A stretch of 64,000 nucleotides of DNA from Methanotrichaceae archaeon (GTDB lineage: Archaea; Halobacteriota; Methanosarcinia; Methanotrichales; Methanotrichaceae): the NCBI GenBank assembly GCA_963813075.1, contig CAWEXU010000017.1, positions 64,001 to 128,000 of the forward strand, written 5' to 3'. A program made the translations under genes and the position numbers. Positions 1 through 11,517 of this stretch are shown here, piece by piece. The notes beneath the pieces were generated by a model, which was not told where the DNA came from, did no database searches, and saw only the letters and a list, made by a program, of their open reading frames with translations. Position 1 is the first letter of the stretch. Every line of letters begins with the position of its first letter.

Positions 1-789
1 ATATCCATGTACCTGGATAAGGATGAGATCTTCAGTGCACCTCTGTCGCCAGAGCTGGCAAGCAGCCTGCAGAAGGCTCCCTCCCGCGGGCTGGAGGCGC
101 GCGTGGGCGCTGGGGATGAGGGATCCCAGAAGGCAAAGGAGCTGAACATTCACCTCCAGGAAGGAGCTCTGCCGGTTAACGTGGAGATCGTGGGATCAGG
201 CCAGGTATCCGCTGCTCTGGGCAGGCAATTCAAGATCCAGATGGTTATAGCCGGTCTATTGGCGCTTCTCGCTGTTGCGGGCATGATCTACTACCGCTAC
301 CGGGAGAAGAGGATCGTTTTGCCCATGCTCTTCACCTCCTTGAGCGAGGTGGCGATAATGCTGGGCGTCTGGTCCCTGGCCAAATGGCAGCTGGATCTGG
401 CCAGCCTGGCCGGCATCATCATGGTGATCGGAACGGGCATCGACCAGCTGGTCATCATCACCGATGAGGTGATAAAGGGCGGAGAGGCGGTTCCTGTTGC
501 ATCGGACAGGAGCATAAAAGAGAGAGCGGCAGAGGCGGCTGAGAAGGCAGGCGTGGGCAAAGTTGCTGCCACCAGCAGCAAGATCTATTTGAGCCGGCTC
601 TCCCGGGCCTTTGCCATAATCTTAGGCGCCGCAGCGACGACGATCGTGGCCATGCTGCCATTGCTCTACATGGGCTTTGGCGCTCTGACCGGGTTCGCCC
701 TGATCATCATCATCGGTGTGGTCCTGGGAACGCTTGTGGCCAGGCCTGCTTACGGTAGGATCATAGGCTATATCCTGGCTGAGAACTAA
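1..789 (+). CDS. secD: Preprotein translocase subunit SecD, 3' part (begins upstream of window)
   Basis: Frame is open from base 1. Contains 'HLQEGALPVNVEIVGSGQVSAALG' and 'LAGIIMVIGTGIDQLVIITDE' plus multiple TM helices, typical of archaeal SecD. Confidence 0.9.
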   Translation: MSMYLDKDEIFSAPLSPELASSLQKAPSRGLEARVGAGDEGSQKAKELNIHLQEGALPVNVEIVGSGQVSAALGRQFKIQMVIAGLLALLAVAGMIYYRYREKRIVLPMLFTSLSEVAIMLGVWSLAKWQLDLASLAGIIMVIGTGIDQLVIITDEVIKGGEAVPVASDRSIKERAAEAAEKAGVGKVAATSSKIYLSRLSRAFAIILGAAATTIVAMLPLLYMGFGALTGFALIIIIGVVLGTLVARPAYGRIIGYILAEN

Positions 790-869
790 ATCGGAAAGAA
801 GTGGATAATCCCGGATAAGGGCTGCAGGCCTGAATTGGGTCTGCAGATCACAATTTTTTTTGCATATTC

Positions 870-1851
870 CTATTTTTTCATCATTCCATTGATAGCCGCA
901 CCGGCGAAGGCCGCGCCTACAATGATGTTCAGGAAATAGGTAATCAAGCGCCACAGGACGATCAGAGGCAGCAGCATTGCGGGAGAGACAAAGGTGGAAT
1001 AAAGGTAGCTCATTCCCAGCTCAGCTACGCCGCTGGATCCAGGGGTCAGTGGCAAGAGGCCCACTATCACCAGGATGTTCTGGGCGGTCACAGACAAGAG
1101 TAAGCTCGGATCCGCTCCCATTCCAGTTAACAGGGCAGATGGGACGAGAAAATCGCAGAGCCAGATGAATGCGGTCATCACTGCCAGCACCGGCAAGCAG
1201 CGCATGGTCTCTTTGGCAAGCTGAATTCCCGCCTCCCGGAAAAGCCATATCTCCCGCTCTATGGAGAGGACGATGGCCCGGTTCCCGGTCTTCTTCTTGA
1301 TCCACTCCATCAGACGGGCAATCCTCTTCGGCCGGATGATAAGCTGCCTGAGAAATGCCAGGAAGACCAGGAGAAATGCCAGGAAGATGGCTCCAACCTT
1401 CAGGCCGAAGCCGGCGAAAAAGCCGGAGATCATGAGAAATATGGCCAGAGAGGTCAGGAAGAATATGCTGTCAAGGAGCCTCTCGCTTATCACCACTGCC
1501 GTCGCCCCTCCGTAGCTCATGCCGTCATCTGCTCAGGATCTTCACTCGCAGTGGCTCTCCACCAGCTGAGGAGGGAGTGATGGCCGCCAGGAAGTTCGAA
1601 GCCAGAGTGCATCTAAAAGAGAGTGGGAAGCTTATTTGGTGGCCGGTCATGGATACAAGCAGCTTAAGCCGGAGAGAGTAGAATATCCAGGAGAGCACAT
1701 GAAGGGCGACCGCCAGTATCAGGAACCCAGCGCTGACATGAGCGATCATCTCCCAGTTTATATCGGCATCTGTATAGTAGAGAATCAGAATGATTGAGAC
1801 CAGGCTCATCAGAGCGGCGAACAATGTGGCCTTCAATCTCTCATTCATCAC
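870..1851 (-). CDS. Flippase-like / lysylphosphatidylglycerol synthase TM-domain protein (frameshift ~1533)
   Basis: ORFs 1525-1851 and 870-1520 join. Motifs 'ITPSSAGGEP', 'PLTPGSSGVAE' and 'LWRLITY'. Confidence 0.8.
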
Positions 1852-1897
1852 CTGGATGCTAGATCTATTCTGTAAATACTTATTGACCCAGGATCTC

Positions 1898-2951
1898 TCA
1901 GGCCACCTCTCTATAGACCGACTCCATCATATCCAGGGCTCGTGCCCAGGAGTACTTCTCTTCCACCGCCCGTCTGCCCTTCTGGCCCAGGTTCGTTCTC
2001 AGGTTCGGGCTCTCATGCAGCTCCAGTATCATATCCCCAAGCTCCTTCGGGCTGGAGTAGACCATTCCCCCTTCCCCTGCCACCTCAGCCACCCCTGGGG
2101 TGTTGAAGGCGAGGACCGGTGTCTCGCAGGCCATGGCCTCGAGAAGGACAATGCCGAAGGCCTCCAGGCGGTTCTGGGATGGGAGTACCAAAACCTCGGC
2201 ATGAGAAAGGGCATCGATGAAACTGGCCCTATCCAGCCTGCCGGTGAACCTGGCCCTGACGGCGAGTTTTTTGGCCATCTCCTCCAGGCGGCTGCGATCA
2301 TAGCCATCTCCAACTAACACCAGCTCCAGGTCAGCCCTCTTCTGCACCTCGCTCATGGACTGGATTAGGGACTCGATTCCTTTATAGTGCAGCAGCCTGC
2401 CCGCATAAAGGACATATCCCTTCTTCTCTCTCTTTTGGGGATAGAGGGATACATCCACCGCATTGGGCACGATCTTCGTCTTATGAATGTAGTCCTTCAG
2501 TACCGGAGAGGTCTCAGCATAGCTTTTTGTGGTGGCTATCACAATCTTTGCCTTGTCCAGGATAGGACGGACGATCCCCCTGTTCATCCCCTCCACCGCC
2601 GACCCAATGGAACGGGGGAGACGGTGGCCATTCAGGGTACCCGGATATCACCACATCGTTATGGTAGGTAACCACATGGGGAGACGAATCCCGGAGCATG
2701 AAGGCAAACAAGGGGCTCGGCACATGGCTGTGATATATGTCCGCCTCAAGCTTTGGCCGCCTGATAGGAACAGGGACATAAAAAAAATCGATGCTGGGAA
2801 TGCGGACGAAGCCGTTATTCCATCTTCCGCATGAGGAGGCCACAGTCACCTGATGGCCCCTCTGTGCCAGGCCGTCGGCCAGCTCTTTCACATGATACTC
2901 AACCCCGCCCAGATGGGGAGGAAAATAGGGAGATACCTGAAGGATCTTCAT
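1898..2951 (-). CDS. GT4-family glycosyltransferase (frameshift ~2640)
   Basis: N-terminal 'MKILQVSPYFPPHLGGVEYHV' and C-terminal 'EAFGIVLLEAMACETPV' lie in different frames. Confidence 0.85.
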
Positions 2952-3003
2952 GGATATGAGCAGATATTGGGAGGACAACGAACTTAAAGCTAATCCAAAC
3001 CGG

Positions 3004-5932
3004 CTATGAATCAGCCAACTTAACCCGGATGTCAGAGGAGCGATAATCAGGATCTTTTGAGGCATTAAAACCCCTCTGGTTCATCAGCTGGTCTATCTGC
3101 TGATCTATGGCGGAGTTCAGGCTGAAGCTCTCCACCAGAGAGCTATCGAATGAATACTCAGAGGCATGGCGACCATCCCTTGCCAGGACGGTGATGCGAT
3201 AATTGTCGGCGGCGAAGCCCTGGGTGGACCAGGTCCAGCTATTGGATTCAGACCACCGGACCATATCCTTTCCTCCGACCTGGAACTTGTAGAGGATGGG
3301 ATCGTTATCAGGATCCCTGGCTTCAGCCTTCCAGGTGATGCTCTCCCCCGGAACCCGAGGGCTGGACAGATCGGGCTTGAGGCTCAAGAGGACGGGCGGC
3401 TGATTTTTCTCCACAAGGGTGAATGCCGCATCCATTGAGCTATCGAAAGAGTCTGCAGAGGCGTGGTTGCCGTCCCTGGCCAGAGCGGTGATCTTATGGG
3501 TGCCACCCAGTGCGCTGGACGTATTCCAGCTCCAGGAAGGGGAAGAGGACCAGCCGGTCACATCCTGGCCATCGAGGAGGAACTTGTAGGATAGCTCGTC
3601 TCCATCAGGATCTGTGGCTCTGACCGTCCAGTTTATGATCCCACCCGTCTCGACCGGACTGATCGCATCCGGCACGAGCTCCGCAAGAATCGGGATCTGA
3701 TTGAGGGATGCAACGGAAGATTGACCTGCCAAAGCACCCGCGGGCTTTGAGGCATCCTCAGCTGAGCTTCCTGGGGGTGCAGCGGAGGATTCTGCCCCAG
3801 AGAGCATCTTTGATTCCGTCAGGGTGTAAGGACGGTTCAATTCGCCGTCAAAGGAGTCCTGGCTGGCATGGGATCCATCTATTATCTGAACGGTGACCTC
3901 ATGATCTCCTGCCGCCGTCCCGGTGCTGTTCCAGGCCCAGGAATCTGACGGCGACCAGCCGGACGCCTCCCGGCCATCGAGGAGGAATCGGTAGGATAGA
4001 TCATCTTTGTCTGGATCTGTAGCCGTGGCGGTCCAGGTGACCTGGGACCCCTGGGGGCTGGGGCTCATAGGATCTGCCTTTAGCTCCTCTAAAATGGGAG
4101 GCTGGTTTTGTTCCAGGATGACCATGGTGGCATCAAAAGAGCTGTCATAAGAGTCAGAAGGTGAGTGAAGACCGTCCATAGCCTGGACGGTGATGGTATA
4201 CTCTCCTGCGGGCAGATACTGGGTGGGCCAGCTCCAGCGGTTGGACTTGGACCATTTTCTCTTCTCCTCATCATTGAGCAGGAAGCGATAGAGGATCCTA
4301 TCTGCATCCGGATCTGTGGCCTCTGCCCTCCAGATGATCGCTGTGCCCTTTGTCTGGGGGCTTGGCCTGTCCGGCTGGAGGCTGTGCAGAACCGGCGGCT
4401 GGTTGGTGATGGCAGTTTCCATTCGTGGGCTGGCCGGGGGTGGAGTCATCCTCTGCAGGCGGCTCGACTGCCGGGCCTTCTGCAGGCAGGGGATCCGTCT
4501 GCTCAGCTGCTGCCGGTGCGGGAATAGTCGATATATACCCAGAGGCCGCAGATGAGGGCAGATTCTCAGATGAAGCTGAGGACTGATTATCAGATACAGA
4601 TATAGACCCGGACCCATTCACTGGGCCTGATTCGCTCTCAGGCGGGGCTCGTGCCTCAGGTGCCTTCTCCTTTGCTGAAGTTGGATCTGAGAGGGATTCA
4701 GTCTCCACCGGGGAAGTTTCCCCCGAGATTGAGCTGGCTGTGTTCTGGGCTACAATCTCGTTGCTGCTCGCTGCGGGATCTCCAACCGAACCGCTCTGAA
4801 CATTATCCTTTGCCTGCGGCGGATTTTCTGCAGTCTCCTTTGCATTCTGTTTTTCCGTTTCCTTTGCAGCGGATTCAGAAGGCGATTTTGCGGAAGGGGC
4901 AGCAGAAGATCCGCTAGCTCCGCCACCGCCTCCGGCGCTGAGGACGGTTACCTTTGTCGTCTCCTCAAATGAGACCGGCAAGCTGGATGAGTCGTTGGTG
5001 CTGTTTTCCGCCACATCCTGATCCCCGGACTGATCCTCGATCAGATCGACCAGGAGGTGCTCAGATTTGTATGGGGTCGTGCTGTCCCCTTCTTTGAACA
5101 GGAGCAGGTCAAGCCTCTGACGTCCTGGCTGGCCGGCCAGAGCAAAGCCCAGCATGCTATCCCAGGTCTCATTATCCCCCAGGCTCAGGCCTTTGACGAA
5201 GATGGTGGAGTTGTCGAATACCAGCCGGAGGGAGTAATTGACCGGAATGCCTTCATGGTTGTCGATCCTCGCCCGCGCTTCCAGGTCGCGGCCGGCGGTA
5301 AGGATCGCGTATTGCGATTCGGATGAGCCGACCAGCTCGCTATCCGGCCAGGTGACCTCCAGATCGGTATAGCCCTCGGGAGTCGAGAAGAAATTCATAT
5401 CCGGCTGATAATGATAAATGGCCAGGGAGAGGCCAGCCAGAATGAGGACCGCGGCCAGAGCGACCAGGATAGGGCCCCGGCGGGAGATCAGGCTTCCAGA
5501 GATGCCGCCCGATGCCCTTCGGCTGCGATAACTCCTCTTCGCGCCCATAATGAACCTCTTGCTGCGGGGCAGAGCCGACCAGCGAAGATAGGATAGGGCG
5601 GCAAGAAATAGGGTGAGAAAAGATAGAATGGTGGCCAGGGATGCAGGCTCAAGCCCCCTGGGAGTGAAATACAGAATCAGACTGATGAGCCCTGCCAGCA
5701 TAGCAGAGGCTACCAGAGAGAGGAGGAGGCGCCTGTTCAAATCCAGGTCGCCGGCGGCAGGGAATAGGGAGAGGACCACAAGGTAGCCGGGTATCAGTAT
5801 GACCAGGGCCAGGGCAAGATATGAGCCGGTCTCCTTTTGGGATTGGGGAAGAAGATTGGCCAGAGCGAGAGCTGATAAAGAGATCAGAATTGATGCGATC
5901 AGGTACCAGGGAATCTGCCTGGCGGTCCTCAA
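3004..5932 (-). CDS. DUF1616-like membrane protein with S/A/P/E-rich linker and four C-terminal Ig-like repeats (frameshift ~4424)
   Basis: N-terminal TM region 'ILIPGY...LFP'. Four ~95-aa repeats 'NQPP...A.DPD.D...Y.F...WS....W.W.....G...ITV...DG.H'. Confidence 0.7.
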
Positions 5933-6028
5933 ATCATTATCCCTCCTTTAATATAGCCTGGAAGTCTATTGCCAACTAACGATAAAACCTTTTTCCTCGA
6001 ATTCTTCACCTCGAATTCCCAGCAAAAT

Positions 6029-6814
6029 CTAATTGTGGCCATTGACCTCGATCTCTATTCCCACCGGGCAGTGGTCGGAGCCGTAGACGTCATCCAGGAT
6101 GAAAGCCGATTTCACCCGATCCCGCATGCCTTCTGAGACGAAGAAGTAGTCGATCCTCCAGCCCACATTGCGCTCACGCGCCCTGGTTTTCGTATCCCAG
6201 AAGGAATAGCGTCCTCCCTCGGAATGGAAGATCCTGAAGGTGTCCAGGAAGCCGTGCTCAACCAATCGGTCGATCCAGGCCCTCTCCTCGGGCAGGAATC
6301 CGGATATCTTCTCATTCGGCTTGGGCCGGGCGAGATCGATCTCCTTATGAGCGGTGTTGACGTCGCCACAGATCACAATATTCCTGCCCTCGGCCACCAG
6401 CCGGTCCATGAGATCCAGGAACAGATCATAGAACTTCATCTTGTAGCTCAGCCTTTCCTTTGAGGCTTTGCCGTTGGGAAAGTAGACGTTGAAGAGCATA
6501 AAGTCACCATAGTCGGCTACAATTGCCCTCTGCTCATCATCCAGGCCGACAAAACCCAATGAATACTCCAGGCTCAGGGGTTCGGTCTTGGTGAAAAGGG
6601 CCACTCCGTCCCGCCCCTTTCTGCCGCCCGTGCTGAAATAAGATCGGTATCCAGGAAGGCTTTTGAGATCTTTGGGAATCTGGTCCTCTGCCGCCTTGAT
6701 CTCCTGCAGGCAGAGCACATCTGGGCGATCTATTGTAATCCAGTCCACAAAGCCCTTCTTATAAATGGCTCTCAGGCCGTTCACATTCCAGGAGAGAATT
6801 CTCATCGATGGCAT
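6029..6814 (-). CDS. xth: Exodeoxyribonuclease III / AP endonuclease
   Basis: Motifs SWNVNGLRA, LCLQEIK, GDVNTAH, GWRIDYF and GSDHCP. Confidence 0.95.
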   Translation of the reverse strand: MPSMRILSWNVNGLRAIYKKGFVDWITIDRPDVLCLQEIKAAEDQIPKDLKSLPGYRSYFSTGGRKGRDGVALFTKTEPLSLEYSLGFVGLDDEQRAIVADYGDFMLFNVYFPNGKASKERLSYKMKFYDLFLDLMDRLVAEGRNIVICGDVNTAHKEIDLARPKPNEKISGFLPEERAWIDRLVEHGFLDTFRIFHSEGGRYSFWDTKTRARERNVGWRIDYFFVSEGMRDRVKSAFILDDVYGSDHCPVGIEIEVNGHN

Positions 6815-7331
6815 CCTTTCCCCTCAAAGGGAAATTATTGCCATCTGATTAATCCCTTGCGATTGTATTTCGATGTGAGGAAGGTCTTATGCAGTGATGA
6901 GCAGTATATCACGCGATCCTTGATGATAGGTGCAGAAGATATGGCGGTGATGTTATTATCAAGGATTTTGAAGGGTTCGTTCCCAGGATGGTTGACTTCG
7001 CCTTAATTCTCACCGCAGGACAGATTGTATAAAGCAATCCCGATAATACAGGAGATAAAAATCCACACCGCAGAGACGGCAGAGAGTCTGCGAGAGGATA
7101 GGCTCGTCAGAATGGATAGGGACATCCAGGCCATAAAAGCAAGACTGGGGATGCCATAGAGGTCTCTTTTAAGCCGCGAGCAGTGTATATCATAATCCCT
7201 TATCAATATATAAAATTAAATGCAAGCATAAAATAGTCTGAGACGAATCATCCTCATAATATGTGAATTCTTTCTCAAAATTAAATATAAATGAAAAATT
7301 CTTATAGTATCGCTCCATCCTTCTATGTGGA

Positions 7332-7724
7332 ATGGCAGCCAGATCCCCTCTGAACATCCTCATCGCAGAGGACAATCCGGTGAACCAGAAGGTAGCCTGT
7401 GTCATGCTCCAGAGGCTCGGCCACCGGGCGGACCTGGCGGCAAATGGCCAGGAGGTATTGCGGGCCCTGGAAAAGCAGGCCTACGACCTGGTGCTCATGG
7501 ACATCCAGATGCCGGATATGGACGGAATCGAGGCCACCAGACATATCCGCCGTCGCTGGCCCCAGGGTCCCAAGATAATCGCTGTCACCTCTTTTGATCC
7601 GGAATTCTGTCGCGAGGAATGCTATAGCGCCGGTGTGGACGACTTCATCAATAAGCCGATCAGGATGAATGAGCTTGACGCCGCCATCGAGCGCAACATG
7701 AGCGTGAGCCGCAGCCAAGAGTGA
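7332..7724 (+). CDS. Single-domain response regulator receiver (CheY-like)
   Basis: Motifs ILIAEDN, LVLMDIQMPDMDG, IIAVT and KP. Confidence 0.9.
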   Translation: MAARSPLNILIAEDNPVNQKVACVMLQRLGHRADLAANGQEVLRALEKQAYDLVLMDIQMPDMDGIEATRHIRRRWPQGPKIIAVTSFDPEFCREECYSAGVDDFINKPIRMNELDAAIERNMSVSRSQE

Positions 7725-7850
7725 ATCCCTTCTCATCCCCTCCATTTGATTCGGGCAATCTATCTTGGGTCTGAAGAGATGGGCCACCGCCTTGTTAAGA
7801 ACGCCAAGAGCCAAGATTTTTAAGCCCCTGAATCCCAGGATGCCTCTAAT

Positions 7851-9050
7851 ATGACCGAGGTCCGAGACCCAGTGCACGGCTATGTCAGGCTGGAGGGCCT
7901 GGCCCTGGAGCTGGCCAATACCCCGCAGATGCAGAGGCTCCGCTGGATAAAGCAGCTGGGCCTGGCAAACCTGGTCTACCCCGGGGCCAACCACACCCGC
8001 TTCGAGCACAGCCTGGGAGCTTACCATATGGCCACTCTCCTCACCGAGCACCTGGACCTGGAGGAGGACGACCGCATGCTCGTGGGCGCAGCCGCCCTCT
8101 TGCACGACGTGGGCCACGGACCTCTATCCCATGCCACCGAGTACGCCCTGGCCCCCTTCCTGAGAACAGAGCACGAGAGCGTCATCGAGATCCTGAAAAA
8201 AGGAGAGCTGCGGGAGGTGCTGGATAGATACGGCCTCGTGCCAACCGATATCCAGTCCTTCATTAACGGTCAGGGCCTGGGCCAGATCGTCAGCGGCGAG
8301 ATCGACGTCGACCGCATGGACTACCTCATCCGGGACGCCCATTACACCGGCGTGGCCTACGGGGTGATAGACCGTCTGCGCCTGCTGCAGAAGATGACCC
8401 TCCACCAGGGCCAGCTGGCGGTGGAGGCTGGTGGGGTGCAGGCAGCAACATCGCTTCTCATCTCCCGGCTGCTCATGCATCCCGCGGTCTACTACCATCA
8501 CGTCTGCCGCATATCCGAGTGCATGATCTCCTCCGGAGTCAGAAGGATGATAGAAGATGGCATAACCAGCGCTGCAAGGGTCAAAGAGATGGACGACATC
8601 CAGCTGTTCACCGCTCTGGAGAGTGCAGGCGGCTATCCCGCGGATATGGCATATCGCATAAAATCCAGAAAGCTCTTCAAAAGAGCGGTCTACGTGGATC
8701 TGGAAAGCCTGGAGCCCTCGCTCTTGCGGGTCAGCGAGAAGATCATCGCCCAGGAGATAGCGGCAGAGGCAGGAATGGACCAGGACAGCATTTTAGTGGA
8801 CATACCACCCCTGCCCGATAGCTCTGAAGGCAATTTTCCCGCGCTCGTCGATGAAGTGGCCAGACCCCTGCGAATGGTCTCGCCCCTGGTCAGCATCCTG
8901 GAGAGAGCCCAGCGAGCCACCTGGCGTTTTGGCGTCTATACCCCGGCGGAATCCAGAGACGATGTGGCAAAAGCGGCCAAAAGGTGCCTGAACCTGAAGA
9001 AGAGCACAGTGCAGCATACATTCTCAGACATCGATAACGGTTACCTTTAA
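7851..9050 (+). CDS. HD-domain phosphohydrolase (dNTPase/SAMHD1-like family)
   Basis: Motifs RDPVHG, QRLRWIKQLG, HTRFEHSLG, LLHDVGHGPLSH and DVDRMDYL. Confidence 0.9.
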   Translation: MTEVRDPVHGYVRLEGLALELANTPQMQRLRWIKQLGLANLVYPGANHTRFEHSLGAYHMATLLTEHLDLEEDDRMLVGAAALLHDVGHGPLSHATEYALAPFLRTEHESVIEILKKGELREVLDRYGLVPTDIQSFINGQGLGQIVSGEIDVDRMDYLIRDAHYTGVAYGVIDRLRLLQKMTLHQGQLAVEAGGVQAATSLLISRLLMHPAVYYHHVCRISECMISSGVRRMIEDGITSAARVKEMDDIQLFTALESAGGYPADMAYRIKSRKLFKRAVYVDLESLEPSLLRVSEKIIAQEIAAEAGMDQDSILVDIPPLPDSSEGNFPALVDEVARPLRMVSPLVSILERAQRATWRFGVYTPAESRDDVAKAAKRCLNLKKSTVQHTFSDIDNGYL

Positions 9051-9075
9051 GTCAAAAGAAGAGAGATTGATTCTA

Positions 9076-9525
9076 ATGGCATTTTCCGGAGAAGGAACGG
9101 GGATAAACAAGAATATACTGGTCAAGACCATCCAGACCATGAACCAGCACCTTCCAAACAAGCGGCTCAATCTGACCGATCTATTGGCAATGGAGAAACC
9201 AGGAATTCGGGGAAAGGACAATACCTTTTTCATTATGGATAAGTCCGAGCTGAAACTGATCTCCGAGTCAGTTCCAAGGTTCCTGTGGAGCCGCCTCAGA
9301 CTGCCCATGCTCATTGAGATGTCCCCTGATTTCGGGGGCGGTGGAGCCCGCATTCAGGGTGAGGCGGAGGTGGAGATGGTTTGCAAGATACTGGGCAAAG
9401 AGAGGCCGCAAGACAGGCAGATCATAATCTACCTTCCCGAGGTGCGAGAGCTTCGCCGAAAGCTTCCTACAACCACTCAGTATGCATTCATTACCAATCT
9501 CCGGGACAGAAATATCAGAGACTGA
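9076..9525 (+). CDS. DUF61 (UPF0216) family protein
   Basis: Motifs 'MNQHLP..R..L.DLL' and 'LRRKLPTTTQYAF'. Confidence 0.7.
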   Translation: MAFSGEGTGINKNILVKTIQTMNQHLPNKRLNLTDLLAMEKPGIRGKDNTFFIMDKSELKLISESVPRFLWSRLRLPMLIEMSPDFGGGGARIQGEAEVEMVCKILGKERPQDRQIIIYLPEVRELRRKLPTTTQYAFITNLRDRNIRD

Positions 9526-9576
9526 AAATTAGAGACTGAAAAGCACTCGAATCAAAGAATAGTGGTGGAGGATTAT

Positions 9577-10128
9577 ATGGCAGAAGATAAGCTGACAGAA
9601 GGCGCAAGACGGTTTAGAGAGAAGATGAACGCCGGAGCCTACAAAGAGGCGGCAAAGATCAAGTCGGACCTGGGACTTCCCAACTCTATGCTCAAGGATG
9701 CAGTACAGTCGGCGTACGACTCTGTAATGAAAAAGGGGGATTATTCCATTGCAGCTGAGCTGGCAAAACAGTATGATCTTCCCAGCGACCGGCGTTTAGA
9801 GGCCGCTCAGAGATCGTTCCATAGAAAGGTCGACAGCGAGCAATACCGGGCAGCAGCGGAGTATGCCAAGGAGTTCGGGCTGCCGGAGGATATGGTCCGG
9901 CAGGCGGCCACCCAGGCATTCAATAAGAGCATGAGCATGGGCATGGTCAAGAACGCTGCCGAGATCGCCGATGACTTCGACCTCCCCCGGCCCATGAAAA
10001 TGGAGGCGGCAAAGAAGACCTTTGAGCAGCATATGCAGGCCGGCCTCTACCGCAAAGCCCTGAAGATCGCCCAGAAGTACGATCTTCCGGCGGAGATGGT
10101 GGAAGAGGCAGAGAAAAAGGTAACCTGA
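9577..10128 (+). CDS. Hypothetical protein of five tandem 34-aa helical repeats
   Basis: GGAGG RBS upstream. Repeats centred on 'AA..A..(F/Y).LP'. Confidence 0.75.
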   Translation: MAEDKLTEGARRFREKMNAGAYKEAAKIKSDLGLPNSMLKDAVQSAYDSVMKKGDYSIAAELAKQYDLPSDRRLEAAQRSFHRKVDSEQYRAAAEYAKEFGLPEDMVRQAATQAFNKSMSMGMVKNAAEIADDFDLPRPMKMEAAKKTFEQHMQAGLYRKALKIAQKYDLPAEMVEEAEKKVT

Positions 10129-10157
10129 CCATCTTATATGCCTGAAGTAGTGCTGAC

Positions 10158-11439
10158 ATGCCAGAGGTAGTGCTGACCATAGGCGGATCGGATTCCGGTG
10201 GAGGAGCCGGAATCCAGGCGGACATCAAGACCTTCTCCGTTCTGGGCCTGCATGGAACATCCGCCCTGACCGCTATCACCGCCCAGAACACTCTGGGAGT
10301 GCAGAGGGTTTTTGCCCTCCCTTCTGAGCAGGTGAGAGCCCAGCTTGAATCGATCACAGACGACTTTTCCATTGCCTGGGCCAAGACCGGCATGCTCCAC
10401 TCGGCCCAGATCGTGGAAACGGTAGCGGATCACATCCGTGGGAAAGGAATTCCTCTGGTCTTGGATCCAGTGATCGAGGCTGAAGCTGGCGGCAGGCTCC
10501 TTCGGCCGGATGCGGTCTCCGCCCTGAAAGAGCACTTAATTCCCCTGGCAGATGTGGTCACCCCCAACATCTTCGAGGCGGAGGCGCTTGCCGGAATACC
10601 TGTTCGCGACATGGAGAGTGCCCTTCAAGCCGCCCGGAATATCATGCGCCTGGGAGCGCAGGCGGTAGTCGTCAAGGGAGGGCACCTGGACTGCACCGAC
10701 CTGGTCATGGTAAAGGACCGGACCATCTATCTTTCCTCAGAGAGGATAGCCGGAGAGAACCACGGCATAGGATGCACCTTTTCCGCAGCCCTGACCTCTT
10801 TTCTTGCCATGGGCTGCTCGATTGAGGATGCCGCCCGCAAGGCGAAGGAGTTTGCAAAGAGCTCCCTTCGCGGGAGCCTGCGGGTGGGAAAGGGGGTGGG
10901 TCCGGTCAACCAGTCCGCTGCCTTGAGAGATGAGGCGAGCCGTTACCGGGTTTTATCTGATCTGGAAGCTTGCGGTGGAGCGGCTGGAAAGTATTCCCCA
11001 GCTTTCCCGCATCATGCCGGAGGGAGGTATGAGCCCCGCACTGGCCATTCCCGGTGCCAGCAGCCTTGAGGATGTGGCAGAGCTGAAGGGTGGACTGGTG
11101 CGGACCAAAGAGGGGGTATGCCGGTCTGGGAGGATCCGCTTTGGAGGCGGGGGGGATACCTCAGCCCTGGTCCTCACCGCTATGAAGGCAAATCCTCAGG
11201 CCAGAGGGGCCATCGACCTGTTGCCAGAGGCACTCTCCTCCTGCAGAGAGCTGGGCCTCTTGATCCTGAATCGGTCTGGATTGGATGAACTGGCAGCAAA
11301 AAAGGGCATTTTGTCTGTTCTGCCGGCAGCAATATGGGATGAACATTCCCGCGGAACGGGGCCCGGGCTTTATCTGCTGGGCACTTCTGCCTCCAGTGTG
11401 GCCGGTTTAGCGGCCAGGCTTGCTGGCGGCGACAATTAG
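10158..11439 (+). CDS. thiD: HMP/HMP-P kinase ThiD with degenerate ThiN-like C-terminal domain (frameshift ~10970)
   Basis: Motifs [31 protein letters not shown] and [10 protein letters not shown]. The C-terminus continues in ORF 10930-11439. Confidence 0.88.
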
Positions 11440-11517
11440 CTCCCTATTTGGATGATGGTAAGATATAAATTGTGGGGCAGGGATGCACAAAGGATTGATC
11501 TATCTGGAGTGTTGAAT

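Noticed and set aside
7323..8117. Long antisense ORFs (also 30775-31758, 39277-40317, 50971-52002, 26456-27301, 43363-44139)
   Set aside because: Shadow frames of well-supported genes in GC-rich DNA.
10930..11069. Programmed ribosomal frameshifting in thiD, trkH, hsdM and others
   Set aside because: No slippery heptamers at the breaks I resolved, and they are scattered over unrelated genes. Sequencing error is more parsimonious.
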